A program made the translations under genes and the position numbers. Below the pieces are notes generated by a model that was given only the letters and a program-made list of their open reading frames with translations, did no database searches and was not told where the DNA came from. 64,000 nt of DNA, from NCBI GenBank assembly GCA_951406725.2, contig OX597821.1:7998001-8062000 (forward strand), read 5' to 3'. Source of the stretch: Octopus vulgaris (Eukaryota). Below, piece by piece: positions 36,496-49,415 of the stretch. Every line of letters starts with the position of its first letter. Positions within the stretch are counted from its first letter, which is position 1.

Positions 36496-36731
36496 GTATA
36501 CCAAAACTACAAATAGCAAAACTTGAGTATAGGGTTAACTAATTTTTTGACAGTAGTGCCTATTAGCAACATGCCTTAAGAATTCCTTTTTTTCGTGGTT
36601 TGGGGTTAACTGCCCTTTTTAGCATGTAAGAAGTCCTGTCAAGGGTTTTCTCACTGTGTATAAATCTTTATACCCTTTTATATGCATATATATACATGTG
36701 TGTGTGTGTGTGTATGTATGTATCATATATA

Positions 36732-36788
<57 letters not shown>

Positions 36789-37169
36789 GGAAGCATAATG
36801 GCCCAGTGGTTCAGGCAGTGAACTTGCAGTTGTAGGATCGTGTTGTGTTCATTGAGTGAAAACACCTAAACGAGGCTCCAACAGGGGGTGGTGGCGATCT
36901 TTCACTCTTTCTTCCTGTTTCTGTTGTACCCATATTTCAAAGGGCCGGCCTTGTCATACGCTGTCATGCTGAATTTCCCCAAGAACTACGTTCACGAACA
37001 GGCTGTTCCGTTGATCGGATGAACTGGAACCCTCATCGTCATAACCGACTGACCATCACAATATATATATATATATAAAGGGAAAGTTTACGAAAATAAA
37101 CAAAAGACGAAGGCAGGTGGTGTACAAAACAAACAGATGTATTAGTATAGCGCTCAGGAATAGAAAAAG

Positions 37170-37207
37170 TCTTTTACGTTTCGACCCTACGCTCTTCTAC
37201 AGAAAGA
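37170..37207 (-). ncRNA. Minimal type I hammerhead-like motif in a Penelope-like repeat
   Basis: Minus strand reads TCTTT-CTGTAGA-A-GAGC-GTAG-GGTC-GAAA-CG-TA-AAAGA. Confidence 0.55.
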
Positions 37208-37814
37208 TATACAGAAAAAAAACAAGGAGAGAAAAAAAAATGTGTGTAGTAGCTAACGATCAATATGAAAAAAATAAAGTGAAAACGAAAGGGGCAGTTT
37301 TACGAAAAGTTCAAAAGTTTGTAGACGTCGTGGTGTATTTCAAGGATTTCACATCAATAACAAAGTCACTGTGATCCGTGTAGCAGAGGTGCAGCCAGAG
37401 GGTATCCCCCACCAGCGACTGACAGCCAGTGCTGGCTTGTTCATGTTACAGTCGTTCAACACAACTGTCTGATAGAATAATTGTTTGTTCCTTCTCAAGC
37501 CACACCTGGCTCATAAGGGCCAGTCTCCCGGTTTCCTTGTGACGCTGCAGGTGAGCTGCAAGAGGAAAGAGTGAGAGAAAGTTGTGGCGAAAGAGTCAGC
37601 AGAAGTTCGCCATTACCTTCTGCCGAAGCTGAGTGGAGCTTAGGTGTTTCGCTTACAAACACACACATCGCCCAGTCTGAGATTCGAACCCGCGATCCCT
37701 CGACCGCGTGTCCGCTGCTCTAATCACTAGGCCATGTGCCTCCACCTGATAGAATAATACCAGGGATTACAAGTATTTTTAAAATTTAATTTTAGCTTAT
37801 CTTTTTTTAAAAAT

Positions 37815-37960
37815 TTTATTTTATCTAGTTTCAGCTCACAAGCTGTGGCCATGCTGGGGCACCGCCATTTGGTGTTGCTACATGATTTTACTTCACGAAT
37901 GCTTTTTAGCAATTGCCATTTGGTGCATGAGAGAGTTCGATGCAGCTGCCCTCATCTGTG
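37815..37960 (-). mobile_element. CR1-group LINE extreme 3' end
   Basis: RAAASNSLMHQ peptide and the tail GGCGGTGCCCCAGCATGGCC are shared with the LINE at 63400-64000. Confidence 0.65.
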
Positions 37961-38194
37961 GTCAATTCGTTTGACTAAAATCCTTCGAGGCTGTGTCTCA
38001 GCATAACCCCATCCAGTGACTAAAAAAAAAAACGAGACGAAAAGAAAAAACTATGCAAAGCAGGGGTTTTAATAAACTGTAGCTGTGCCTATTGACTGTG
38101 ATCCCAAGATAAAAAAATGACTTTTCACCAAATAGCAACCACTTTCAGGGGAAACAACTCTGCCTTGCTCTTGCTTGTTTAATATGAAAAAAAA

Positions 38195-38220
38195 AACAGG
38201 AAGTTGCTAAGAGACAGAAA
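38195..38220 (+). promoter_or_regulatory. Proximal promoter/5' UTR motifs of the RPP38-like gene (ETS CAGGAAGT, RFX X-box-like GTTGCTAAGAGAC)
   Basis: Both motifs directly precede AAAATGG at 38221. Confidence 0.4.
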
Positions 38221-38330
38221 ATGGCTACTTTAAGGAAACATGAGCAAAGTCAGTCTTTACACCAGACAGCAGCACGGCAAAAGAAGAAGGCTGTGAAATC
38301 TGTTTTGATAACCCCTTTCAAGACACTTTG
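38221..38330 (+). CDS. RPP38: RPP38-like (RNase P/MRP p38 subunit) coding exon 1 (MATLRKHEQSQSLHQTAARQKKKAVKSVLITPFKTL-W)
   Basis: The spliced product VKSVLITPFKTLWPKIPVEDQQKILDDLK resembles the RPP38 N-terminal VKTSLNNPYIIRWSALESEDMHFILQTLE. Kozak AAAATGG; donor TG|GTAGGT. Confidence 0.72.
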
Positions 38331-39269
38331 GTAGGTCAACGCTCCTTGCAATGTCCAACTAATTTATGTGTGTATTAATTAATTATTACTACATTGTTTA
38401 CTACAGTCTTAAAACCACGTGTTTCTGTGTCTCATCTGTTCGTTCGGCTTTATCGATGGAAACCTTGATACCCTTTAAATATCAGTCTGCCCCGCCCCCA
38501 ACTCTCCATTCTCTACGTTCTTGTACCTTTAAGAGTTGTAAAGTTTTTGCTATTGTTCTGTCCCTCAGCAGCCCCCATCGAGTCAGAGTCTATGAATGAA
38601 AAGCATCTTGGCCGCGATCGATTTGTGTTGGTGACATGGTTTGTGACGAGGCTGTACCAATGGAATTACCACTACTGTCTGTCATCCATCGGCTGGACAT
38701 TTACAGTTTTTGACTATCCAATTTTGTTCACAAGGCTTTGGTTAACCTGAGGTTATTGATAATTACATTCAGTTGCCCAAGATGTCATGCAGTGAGATTG
38801 AACCCGAGACCTCATGAGTGAGAAACGAAGTTCTTAACCATTCAACCATGCTGCTTCCAGGTTTTAAAAACACCTCCTCACTCAACTTTGAAAACCTAGA
38901 ATTAAGGGATATATTGTTCACTGGAACAATAAACATGACACTACCATTTTTTGTTTGCTTTGGTGGTCTTGTGCGTGATAGGCTTCAATACCGTTTCTGT
39001 CTATCAAATTTCCTTTCCAAGACTTCGGTTGGTCCAGTATTGACAATTAAGGCAGAAGGCAGATGCCCGAAATGCCTTGCTGTTAATTGCAAACTTATTA
39101 ACCACACAGACATACCTGTATTTGTTTGTTTGTTTGTTTGGTGTTCATTTTTCATGCTAGCATGAGTTAGAGTAATATATTCTTTTCTACTTTAGGCACA
39201 AGGCCTGAAATTTTTGGGGAGGGGGCCAGGTTAATATAGGGCGTTACGTCTATCAGAAAATCAAAAAAA

Positions 39270-39760
39270 AAATGTGTGTAATAGGTGTAAAACAACTTCC
39301 TATGAACGAATATGAAAAAAAAAATTCGCGCGCGCGAAAGGGGGTGGGGGAGAGGCCTCGGAAAATTCACCTCGGGAAGTTCCGAAAGCGTCTGAGGGGC
39401 TGACCTGGGCACCAAAACAAAAAAAAAAATAGTGTAATATGTGTAAAACAACTTGCTCTAAACGAATATGAAAAAAAATAATGCGCTCTCGCGAAAGAAG
39501 GGTGGGGGAGAGGCCTCGGAAAATTTATATCGGGAATTTCCGAAAGCGTCTTAACTGGGCACAAAAACAAAAACAAAAACAGCGTAATAGGTGTAAAACA
39601 ACTTGCTCTAAACGACTATCATGAAAAAAATGCGCGCTCGCGAAAGGGGGGTGGGGGGTGGGGGAGAGGCTTCGGAAATTTCACATCTTCAGTCCACGGC
39701 CTTTAAACTAAGAAAAAATAGTGTAATTGGTGTAAAACTACTTGTTCTAAACGAGTATCA
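39270..39760. repeat. About 3.3 tandem copies of a ~150-bp CpG- and G-run-rich unit
   Basis: G(T/C)GTAAT..GTGTAAAAC recurs at about 39275, 39432, 39582 and 39721; the three complete units each contain CGCGAAAG..GGGTGGGG. Confidence 0.85.
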
Positions 39761-39769
39761 AGAACACAC

Positions 39770-40659
39770 ACTCACACATTAATCATAAACTCCGTATTTT
39801 TGTACATATTTCGCAAAAAAAAATAAATAAAGAGAAGAAATTCTGGAAAAAGTGAAGAAATGTTGGATCTCCGCCATGTGAATCAAAATACGTGTCAGAA
39901 ACATCTTGAAATACTACAGAAATTATGTTACGAAAATGATAATGTATACATACCTCTTTGAGTGGTCCATCGATAATGATGATAAAGAAATGAGTTGGAT
40001 TTGAACTCAGAATATTGACTAACACAACTACATACTACAAGACTCAAAATATTCAGCCAAGTCACCACCCTTTAACTAGCAATAATAATAACATCAATAA
40101 CATAACAGCCAAAAGATTTATTTGTTCTGAAAATAACAATCATAGTAAATAAATATGTTCTTTAATATTCACATTCATGTGCACAGTTAAACACACTTAC
40201 ATACAAACAGTCACGCATGCATAATACAGAACGGAACACATAAATGAAGGATGCATTACTTAGTATATATTACATCTAGAGAATTTTGATTAATAAGTCA
40301 AATATGCAAATTATAAAGATAATTAATTGCTTTACTAAACAGTGTTGTAAAGGTGAAAAAATAAATTTGGGAAAAAAATACACGCCAAAACTAATTAATA
40401 AAGGATAATTAGGGAAGGATTGACACAAAATAATTATTTTTTCTGTCTCTTTTTTTCTGATAAATGCATCTTAATAAGTGAGAAGAATTGCATATATCTG
40501 AACTATTTCAAAGAAAAGCATAAATTTAATGTTTAAAATAGCTTTAACCAAGGAATGAGATCCAACATTTCTTCACTTTTTCCAGAATTTCTTCTCTTTA
40601 TTTATTTTTTTTTTGCGAAATATGTACAAAAATACGGAGTTTATGATTCATGTGTGAGT
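39770..40659. repeat. Near-perfect ~100-bp inverted repeat pair (39770-39871 / 40557-40659)
   Basis: Direct reverse-complement match with one substitution and one homopolymer length difference. Confidence 0.9.
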
Positions 40660-41619
40660 AAAAGATATAAAATGACCACACACACACACACATATTTACG
40701 ATCAGCTTCTTATAGCTTTTGTCTACTAAATTAACTGACAAGGCTTTGGTTGGCCCGTACCATGTATGGTGCTGCACAGTGGAACTGAACCCGAATCACA
40801 CAGCCATACTGAATATTCTAGAACCTGTTGAAATATATATTTTCGTAATTCAATACAAACATTAACACAATATAGGTACTGGCGTGGCCGTGTGGTTAGA
40901 AGCTTGCTTCCCAACCACATGGTTCTGGGTTCAGTCCCATTGCATGGCACCTTGGGCGAGTGTCTTCTATTGGCTCAAGCAGACCAAAGCCTTGTGAGTG
41001 GATTTGGTAGATGGAAATTTAACGAAACACGTCCTATATATATATATATATATATATATATAATGTGTGTGTGTGTTTGTTCCCAATCACCGCTTGACAA
41101 CCGGTGTTGGTGTGTTTACGCCTCCGTAACCTAGCGGTTTGGCAAAAATGATAGATAGAATAAGTACTAGGCCTTAAAAAAGAAGGGGTCGATATGTTCG
41201 GCTAAAGCCCTTTAAGGTAGTACTGCAGCATGGCCGCAGTCAAATGACTGAAACAAGTAAAAGATAAAAGATAGCAAAAGGGAATCCGATATACACAAGC
41301 GATGTTAAGTGAATGCATAGTGTTGTGGCCATTCTGTTGTATTTCATATATATTTAACCCCAAACTCAGCACTGATAGAGCAAACCTTTTAGAGCAAAGA
41401 TGTGACTTCTTTCAGTCTCCTTCAACCAGATCTGTTCACAAGGCTTAGATCGGCCTGAGGTTATAGTAAAAAAATAGTTGACCAAGTTGCCACGCAGTGG
41501 GACTGAACTTGAAACAACGTAGTTGGGGAGGCGAATAACTTGGCCATTTTTGCGACATGAAATAGTAATGCTGAGAGAGTTATCTCCCTTTTAACTGTAA
41601 AAAAAAAAAAATCGCTCTC

Positions 41620-42030
41620 TCTCTTTACTCTCTTTTACTTGTTTCAGTCATTTGACTGCGGCCATGCTGGAGCACCGCCTTTAGTCGAGCAGATCGACCC
41701 CGAAACTTATTCTTTGTAAGCCCAGTACTTATTCTATCAGTCTCTATTGCTGAACCGCTAAGTGACGGGGACATAAACACACCAGCATCGGTTGTCAAGC
41801 AATGCAAGGGGGACAAACACAGACACACAAACATACACACACACATATATATATATACAAATATACGACAGGCTTCTTTCAGTTTCCGTCTACCAAATCC
41901 ACTCACAAGACATTGGTCGGCCCGGGGCTATAGCAAAAGACACTTGTCCAAGATGCCACGCAGTAGGACTGAACCCGGAACCATGTGGTTGGCAAGCAAG
42001 CTACTTACCACACAGCCACTCCTGCGCCTC
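41620..42030 (-). mobile_element. tRNA-derived SINE (dominant family)
   Basis: Full-length reverse copy. Confidence 0.88.
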
Positions 42031-42297
42031 GATAGATTTTTTTTTATACCAGACGAATTACTGGGGTCGACATAACTCACTGAAATGCCTCCAGAGGGCA
42101 GTGCCACAGCGTCCAAAGATCGAAATCAATAAAAGAATAAATGAAATAAATTAGACTTTTTTTCACTAAGAATTTTTATCTCTTCTAGAAACTAATTTAC
42201 TCCCTCCTACTAATGTGTTGCATTTATATGAATATGTCTTCCATCGTTCTTTACATTCTTCAAAATATCTATATTAAGATGATATTTTATTTTGCAG

Positions 42298-42348
42298 GCC
42301 TAAAATTCCAGTTGAAGATCAACAGAAGATTTTAGACGATCTGAAGAG
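42298..42348 (+). CDS. RPP38: RPP38-like coding exon 2 (PKIPVEDQQKILDDLK), 51 nt
   Basis: TTTTGCAG| acceptor, AG|GTAAAC donor, phase 2-2; completes the Trp codon begun in exon 1. Confidence 0.72.
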
Positions 42349-42407
42349 GTAAACCCTAAACGCTATTTGTTTATTTAACATCCATTTTTCCATGCTGGTA
42401 TGGGTTA

Positions 42408-45400
42408 GACTAGGATCAGCAGAGTAGGCAATATTTATATTGGAATGCAGAGGGTTTATATGGCTACACAAGGGGTTGATAAACACCTGAAATGATGTTG
42501 AGCATTGTTGTTATTTATCAAGTTCATAAAGTGTGTTCGTTAAATTTCTTTAAATATTTTTTATTAAAAAGCAGTAATGACACAAAAGAACGAAGGAATT
42601 ATTACTTGAGGTGGTATTTTATGGCAAGATGCCCTTCCTGTTGCCAATTATTACCTGTGTGATTAAGAAGCTTGCGTCCTAACCATACATACATAAATAC
42701 GTGCATGTATGTTACACTTCTTTACATTCTGAGTTCAGATCCTTTATTTTTTGTTCTTCTGATAAAATAAATTTTAAGTCAGATAATGGATGGGATTGAT
42801 ACAATTGACTGCACTTATCCCTAAAGACATTAAATGATGTAGTCTTAGATATATTTGAACAAATATATATATGTATTTGTTTGTGTGTCTGTGTTTGTCC
42901 CTCTAGCATTGCTTGACAACCGATGCTGGTGTGTTTACGTCCCCATCACTTAGCGGTTCGGCAAAAGAGACCGATAGAATAAGTACTGGGCTTACAAAGA
43001 ATAAGTCCCAGGGTCGATTTGCTCGATTAAAGGTGGTGCTCCAGCATGGCCGCAGTCAAATGACTGAAACATGTAAAAGAGTAAAGAGTAAGAGTAAACA
43101 GATTTATTCATGGTTGGATTGGAATACCTTTCGTCATTGGTCTATGCTAGAAGGGTTGACCAGGGACTAAACAACAACAAGTTATCGTTTATACCATATC
43201 TGTACTGCTTATGCTTCCTATGTGACATAGTTACACTCATGTACCAGCTTTCTTTTAGATGTGTACTGTATTTGCAAGTTAACCTATTGTAACTAGTTAT
43301 CAGAGTTAAATGGGAGATATGGGATGAGAGCAGAACAAAAGTTGGTGATGATGGTCATATGGTGTAAGTGGCAATATTTTGGCCATGTTGTCAGGGCCCA
43401 AAACGTGTTATGCTGGGCAGACAGAAAGCTGTTTTGGGCAACAGTGATAAAAGCCCAGTAAAGTATACAGCCATAAAACGAGACTGCAACATGGTGAAGA
43501 GTGATGGTTGTGTCTGGAAGTCGACCTTCAACCATAAGAGTGAACACATTCATTCATTCATTCGTTCATTCGTTCACTCATTTGTTCATTCAAACAAATC
43601 TTCTTTGGGACAGAAAAATTATCTCCCTTGAAGTATATCTACCCATTTTTTTTTATATGTCCTCTCTCTCTCTTTCGGAGAGGCACTGAGCAGCTATACG
43701 CACACATACACACATGGCAGTAACTTCCACCTACCGAATTCAATCATAAAGCTCTGGTCGGCTCGGGGCTATAGTGGAAGACACCTACCCAAAGTGCCAC
43801 GCAGTGGGACTAAACCCGAAACCATGTAGCTAGGAAGCAAGCTCCCTAACCACACAGCCATGCCCGCGTCTACCTGTTGGTGGATTTTCTGTTTACCTAT
43901 TGATGCTTTGCTGGAGGTCCTGTACTTACTTGTACTTGTGGCAGCATTTACCTGGAGTGGGTTAGTCTTGACATCTCATGTCAGCTTTACTATTTGAAGA
44001 GATGGCATCCTTCTGTAAAGAAGTGGCAATCATCAAATATATATATATATACATACACACATATGAGGAGATGCTGCAAAGTTCCTGGCTTTGGGTAAAA
44101 GAAAATACAGGAGGATCAGTTGATTATGATTTTATCCAACATATTCTCCCTCTCAGATTCACACACTTATTGCAGTGGTCCTTCAGTTTTTCTAAGCCCT
44201 GAAAAAAGAACTCGGAATCTTAGGCCTCCAACCAGGCCTCTGTAGCAGCAGTCACTTCTGAATATGATGAAATTTCATTCCCTTGAAATATTTCTTCAGT
44301 TATAGAAAGAAGTAATAGTCAGAGGGGGCCAAATCAGGAGAGTAAGGTGGGTGGTCTACCAGTTTGAAGCCAAATTCATGTATTTTCTGTAGAATTTCAT
44401 GTGCTGCGTGTGCAAAAACAGGACACCATGGCTCAGCTTTTCATGGGGTTTCTGTTTCAAAGCTTCACTCAGTTTGTCCAACAAAGACATGTGGTATTCT
44501 GCGTTGAAGGTGTAACCTATTGGCAGGTATTTTTTGAGGAGTACTCCATCTTTCTCCCAGAACACTGAAACCAGAACCTTTCTAGCTGACGTTTGGAAAT
44601 GAAACTTCATGGAATATGGTGAACCATTGTGGTGTACTCTGTTGATTACTGCTTCATCTAGGGATCATAATGACGAAGCTAAGTTTTATCCATAGTGACC
44701 TTAACGAGCCATAAAAGCAGCCTCTCCTGCTGCAAACTTGTCCAATATTGCCATTGATGTTGTCACTTTGATGCATTTCTGATAAATGTTCAGTCATTTC
44801 AGCACCCATTTTGCAGAAAGCTTTCCCATGTCCAGAATGTTGAGGTGGTGAAGTATGACCTTCGAACATTGGGCCTTACCGAGGCAATGACTAGTGACTG
44901 AGACCTTTGGAGATATGCTGTGCTTGAGAAGACCCGACAAGCCAAGTCAGACCGTAGCCCGTGGCCTATGCCAGTGGGTATAACTGGTCCACTTATGAGT
45001 ACCCCTCATTCATTGGACAATGAACGTTGCTTGTGAAGACCTATTGAGGCAAGTATAAACAAACCAAACCAGGAAATCCTCAGAGTTTCAACTATGACTT
45101 TAGCTAAAATCTGGTGGTCCTAGAGAATCAGGACATGCACAGCATTGGCTTTGTCCTCTGTGGGTGCAGTAGTTGGTCATCCTGACTGGGATTGATATGT
45201 AACCTTGAAATGACCAGTCTGAAACCATAACATTCAGATTTTCACTATGGAGTCAGGCAGGTGGCCATCCTTCAAGACTTCCTTCATCTTGCCATAGAGT
45301 TCCACCACTCCTTTTGCCTTGACGCCCATGCTTCAATTTTAACAATATCCACTGTAGGAGCTGTCATCATGCATTGAATCTGCAAAAAAGAGAAAGATAT

Positions 45401-45599
45401 ATTGTATACCGTCATGATTTTTTGCATATCCTCTCCTAAATAGTTGTTCTACTTCCACTGTAAAGGTAAAAACTCCACCCTTTCACAATATTCTTAAAGC
45501 TTGGAACTTTACACAGCATCCCCTTGTAGCAGAAAGGAAAAGAAATTTGAACATAGTTGAGTTTTCAATACAGTATGTTAAAAAAAGAAAAGCTGTTCC

Positions 45600-45637
<38 letters not shown>

Positions 45638-46436
45638 TAAACTGCTAAGTTAAGGGGATGTAAGCAAACTAACACCAGTTGTCAAGCAGAGGGGGGGGCA
45701 GAGACACATATATATATACATTTACACACACACAACACATATATATATGACAGGCGTTTTTCAGTTTCCTTCTACCAAGTCCATGTACAAGGCTTTGGTC
45801 GGCCTGTGGCTATAGTAGAAGACACTTGCCCAAGGTGCCACATAGTGGGACTGAACTCTGAAGCATGTGCTTGTGAAGCAAGCATCTTACTACACAGCTG
45901 TGTGCATGTGTGTGTGTGTATATGCATGTGTACAGCTTTGTGAATGTTTACGTTCTGTGCTCACATGAACAGGTGCTGAGCTACCATTAAATTTTCTTGT
46001 CATTCTGTTGACTCCTTGGTGGAATGGTCAATCACATATCAATTTTCTAACATGAAATTGAAAAGTATAGTGAATAAAAAATTTCTTGACTTATGGTGTT
46101 AAGAAGGGCATCCAGCCTTAAAAACCATATCACAATGAACAATTGGAGTCTGCACAGGTCCTCAGATGGCCAGCTGTATGTCAAAACTTCCAACCCAAGC
46201 CAGTATGGAAAATAGATGTTAATGATGATGATGATGATCACAATAATTCCTTCGTTCTTTTGTGTCGTTACTGCTTTTTAATAAAAAATATTTAAAGAAA
46301 TTTAATGAACATACTTTATGAACTTGATAAATAACAACAATGCTCAACATCATTTCAGGTGTTTATCAACCCCTTGTGTAGCCATATAAACCCTCTGCAT
46401 TCCAATATAAATATTGCCTACTCTGCTGATCCCTAG
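42408..46436. repeat. Near-perfect ~195-bp inverted repeat pair (42408-42603 / 46241-46436)
   Basis: Reverse-complement match with about 3 substitutions and 1 indel. Confidence 0.9.
44064..45526 (-). mobile_element. Near full-length degenerate mariner (DD34D) element, interrupted by an RTE fragment
   Basis: TA-flanked TIRs TGAGGAGATGCTGCAAAGTTCC / GGAACTTTACACAGCATCCCCTTG. SARKVLVSVFWEKDGVLL..YL catalytic-region motif. N-terminal HTH remnant at 45075-45370; RTE insert at about 44843-45072. Confidence 0.85.
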
Positions 46437-47443
46437 TTTAATCCATCTGGAAAAAACAGATGTCAATTGAACAGTTGAAAGAATATTTTAAAAAGTTAAG
46501 ATATTTGCTCTCCAACCACATGGTTTCAGGTTCAATCCCACTACAGCCCCATACATTATTGTATGGGGCTGTAGTACTCATACATTATTGGTGGGCTGGA
46601 TTGCTTTTACTCGTATTTGTTAGTCTGAGGAGGTCCAGATATCTCAGTAAGATACCTTGATGTCCAAGGAATACCTTTTAAAAGGTATCTGGATCAGGTA
46701 TGATTGAGATTACTAGTGCAGCTCATCATCATCATCATCCAGTGTTTTAAATCTAGGTTTTGTCCCTGTTAACAAGGGTGGCCAGATCTACCTCAGTACC
46801 ATAGCAACTGAGGTAGGCAGGTGCAGCCCACCCCAACCTTTGGGCTGGCTGGTGCCCATTCTCCTTTGCTATCATGAGGCACTTTTGGAGCTGGATTTTC
46901 TACGGGGAGCATGCCCTTGCTTACCCCCGACCTTAGTTTCTAGACATAAGTGGTTCCGAGACCAAGGCCTTTACTTCGATTTTTAAGAAATGTGGTGGAA
47001 AACTAGCTCAGGAAGGCAGGGACACTACTCCCTGAGACCTCTTTTGGAGCCCCCCTACCTAATATTAGCAACTGATATTATAAAATGTGTGTATATCCAT
47101 GAACAGCATTTAGGCCTCTCCTACACACATCATCTGTAAAGTACTGTGTCCTTGCTACACATTTACAACTAACACATGGTGTCAACAACATACACACATG
47201 TACTCAATGAGCTTCTTTCAGTTTCTGTCAACCGAATCTACTTACTAGGCTTGGTCAGCCTGGGGCTTTAATAGAAGATACTTGCCCAATGTACCATGCA
47301 GTGGGACTGAACCTGAAGCCATTTGGTTGGGGAGCAAACATCTTAACCACACAACCATGGTGCTGTTTAAGATGTCAGAATTATTACAGTATACTCTAAC
47401 AAAATATTCAGTACATGTATGTGTGTGTGTTTTTATATATATA

Positions 47444-47494
<51 letters not shown>

Positions 47495-47497
<3 letters not shown>

Positions 47498-47929
47498 TCT
47501 CTCTATATAAACGGCAGTTTGTCTGTGTGTGTTTCTGTGTGTCTGTTTGCTTGTACCCTCACCCTGACCACGGCTTTCAACCGATTCTGATGAAACTTGA
47601 CACACACATAGCCCAATGTCATAATTCAAAACTAACGCAGCGAAAATTTTGAAAAGTTCCCCCAGTTCTGAAAAAAATCGATAAATTCGACATGGGGTTG
47701 AGAATCAGAAACACAAACCACAGACTGTCATGGGGACGCAACTCGACCTTTTTAACTAAAAAATTTGATGCAACTCGACCTTTTTAACTCAAAAAATTTG
47801 ATGCAACTCGACCTTTTTAATTAAAAAAATTTACCATCATTTTTTTTCCATTTTTTGGCTATAACTCTCTAAAAATATTTTATAGTTATTTCCCTTACAA
47901 ACCCGAGCAACGCCGGACGATACTGCTAG
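47495..47929 (+). mobile_element. Non-autonomous Helitron
   Basis: A|TC 5' end, subterminal hairpin CCGAGCAACGCCGG and CTAG|T 3' end, inserted in (TA)n. Confidence 0.75.
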
Positions 47930-48509
47930 TATATATATATATATATAATGTGCTAGCAGAAAGACTGTCCTCTGGGTGGTTTTCTGCCACCCATTTGATA
48001 ATACTTCCACATTTGTTTCTCAATTCTAATAATCTTTATGATATTTTACGTATAATTATTTCTTTGTATAATAGCGTTCACTTGCTTAGTAAATATTGCT
48101 TTCATTATTTTATAACAGTCATAATCTCTCTTTTTTAAAGAGTCAATCTGTTATATATATTTATGATTAATAATTGATAAAAGTTACATAGGTGTGCATA
48201 GATAGATGGATGGATGGATGGATGGATGGATGGATGGATGGACAGACGGATGCACGCTTGCACACATAGACACACACACTCACACAAAAGTTTGGTGCTG
48301 TGAGAACACTTGGGAATGATGTTTCCTTACTTTTTCAAATATACCCAAATTTAAAATGATCTAATATAATGATATCATTCATTTGGTATGTGTAAAAAAA
48401 TATGCCAAAACAATTTAATTCCACACAAATATATGATACTTGACATATAATTTATGTGTTAATTCTGTTTACTGAGACTTGCTGGAAAGCATATTTTGCT
48501 TTTAAGTAG

Positions 48510-49415
48510 TATCTCCTTGTTGACACAATTGTTCAGTAATGATACCGTTTCCATTTCTCTCGGTCAATATTTTTACATTTGCCTTCTTTTGAACTCTAGA
48601 TATACAACTGACCATGTGAGAAGAATTGTGTCAGAAGATATGTTGCAATTTGTTCAAAAGTCTGTCCCTGTGCATTGTTGCACGTCAAGGCAAAAGCTGG
48701 CTTGACAGGAAATTTTTTTTGTGTGTAAATGTCAATGGAAATTTCATTTCTTGAGACACATGTGATTTTCTTAGGATTAGCAGAGTTGATCCTGCATAAG
48801 GATCAGAAGCAACCTCAGCCTCAATAAGATGATCCTGTAAACTGACAGTGATGTAGTGTGTGCCATTGCAATGCCCATTAGTAGCATCTAAGTTTCTCAG
48901 AAGCATTATGCATTGCTTTGTCTTCAGTTTGAGAATGTGTGGAGGAAACCTCGATGGTGGAAGCTTGTTGATGAACTCAATTGGGTACAGAGTTTCATTA
49001 TCAACTGTATCTGAGCTTCTCTATATTTTTAGCTCACCAGGGACCCTGGTCAACAGAAAATCATTCACAAATTGTGCTGTTTCATTTATTGGAGTAACGA
49101 TAGTTCTATTTGCAAGGCACACAGGGTTTGTGAAGTTATTTTTGAGGTCAGCATATAGAAAATCATATAGACCTGAAAGGGTACTCTTTTCAAGACAAGG
49201 GTCACTGGGTAGTTTGATTTTGAATTCACCTAGGCTTTCTTCAACAGAAATGTTACCATTTCCTACACCAAGAAGGTAATTACCAAACTCTCATTCATCA
49301 GAATGACCTTCTGCAAGAAGTCTTAGATTGGTTATCAACTCCACTACTTCCACATGATTGCAAAGAAAAGATCCCTTTAGTGTTGCATCAACAATTTGTG
49401 GTCTGACATCATTAT
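48510..49415 (-). mobile_element. Helitron Rep/Hel PIF1-family helicase pseudogene fragment
   Basis: YPIEFINKL...PPHILKLK...IMLLRNLDATNGHCNGT...PAFALTCNNAQGQT...FSHGQLY, with stops and frameshifts. Confidence 0.88.

Noticed and set aside
46788-46830. Hairpin CTACCTCAGT/ACTGAGGTAG containing a let-7-like seed
   Set aside because: Only a 10-bp stem, and the sequence after TGAGGTAG does not match let-7.
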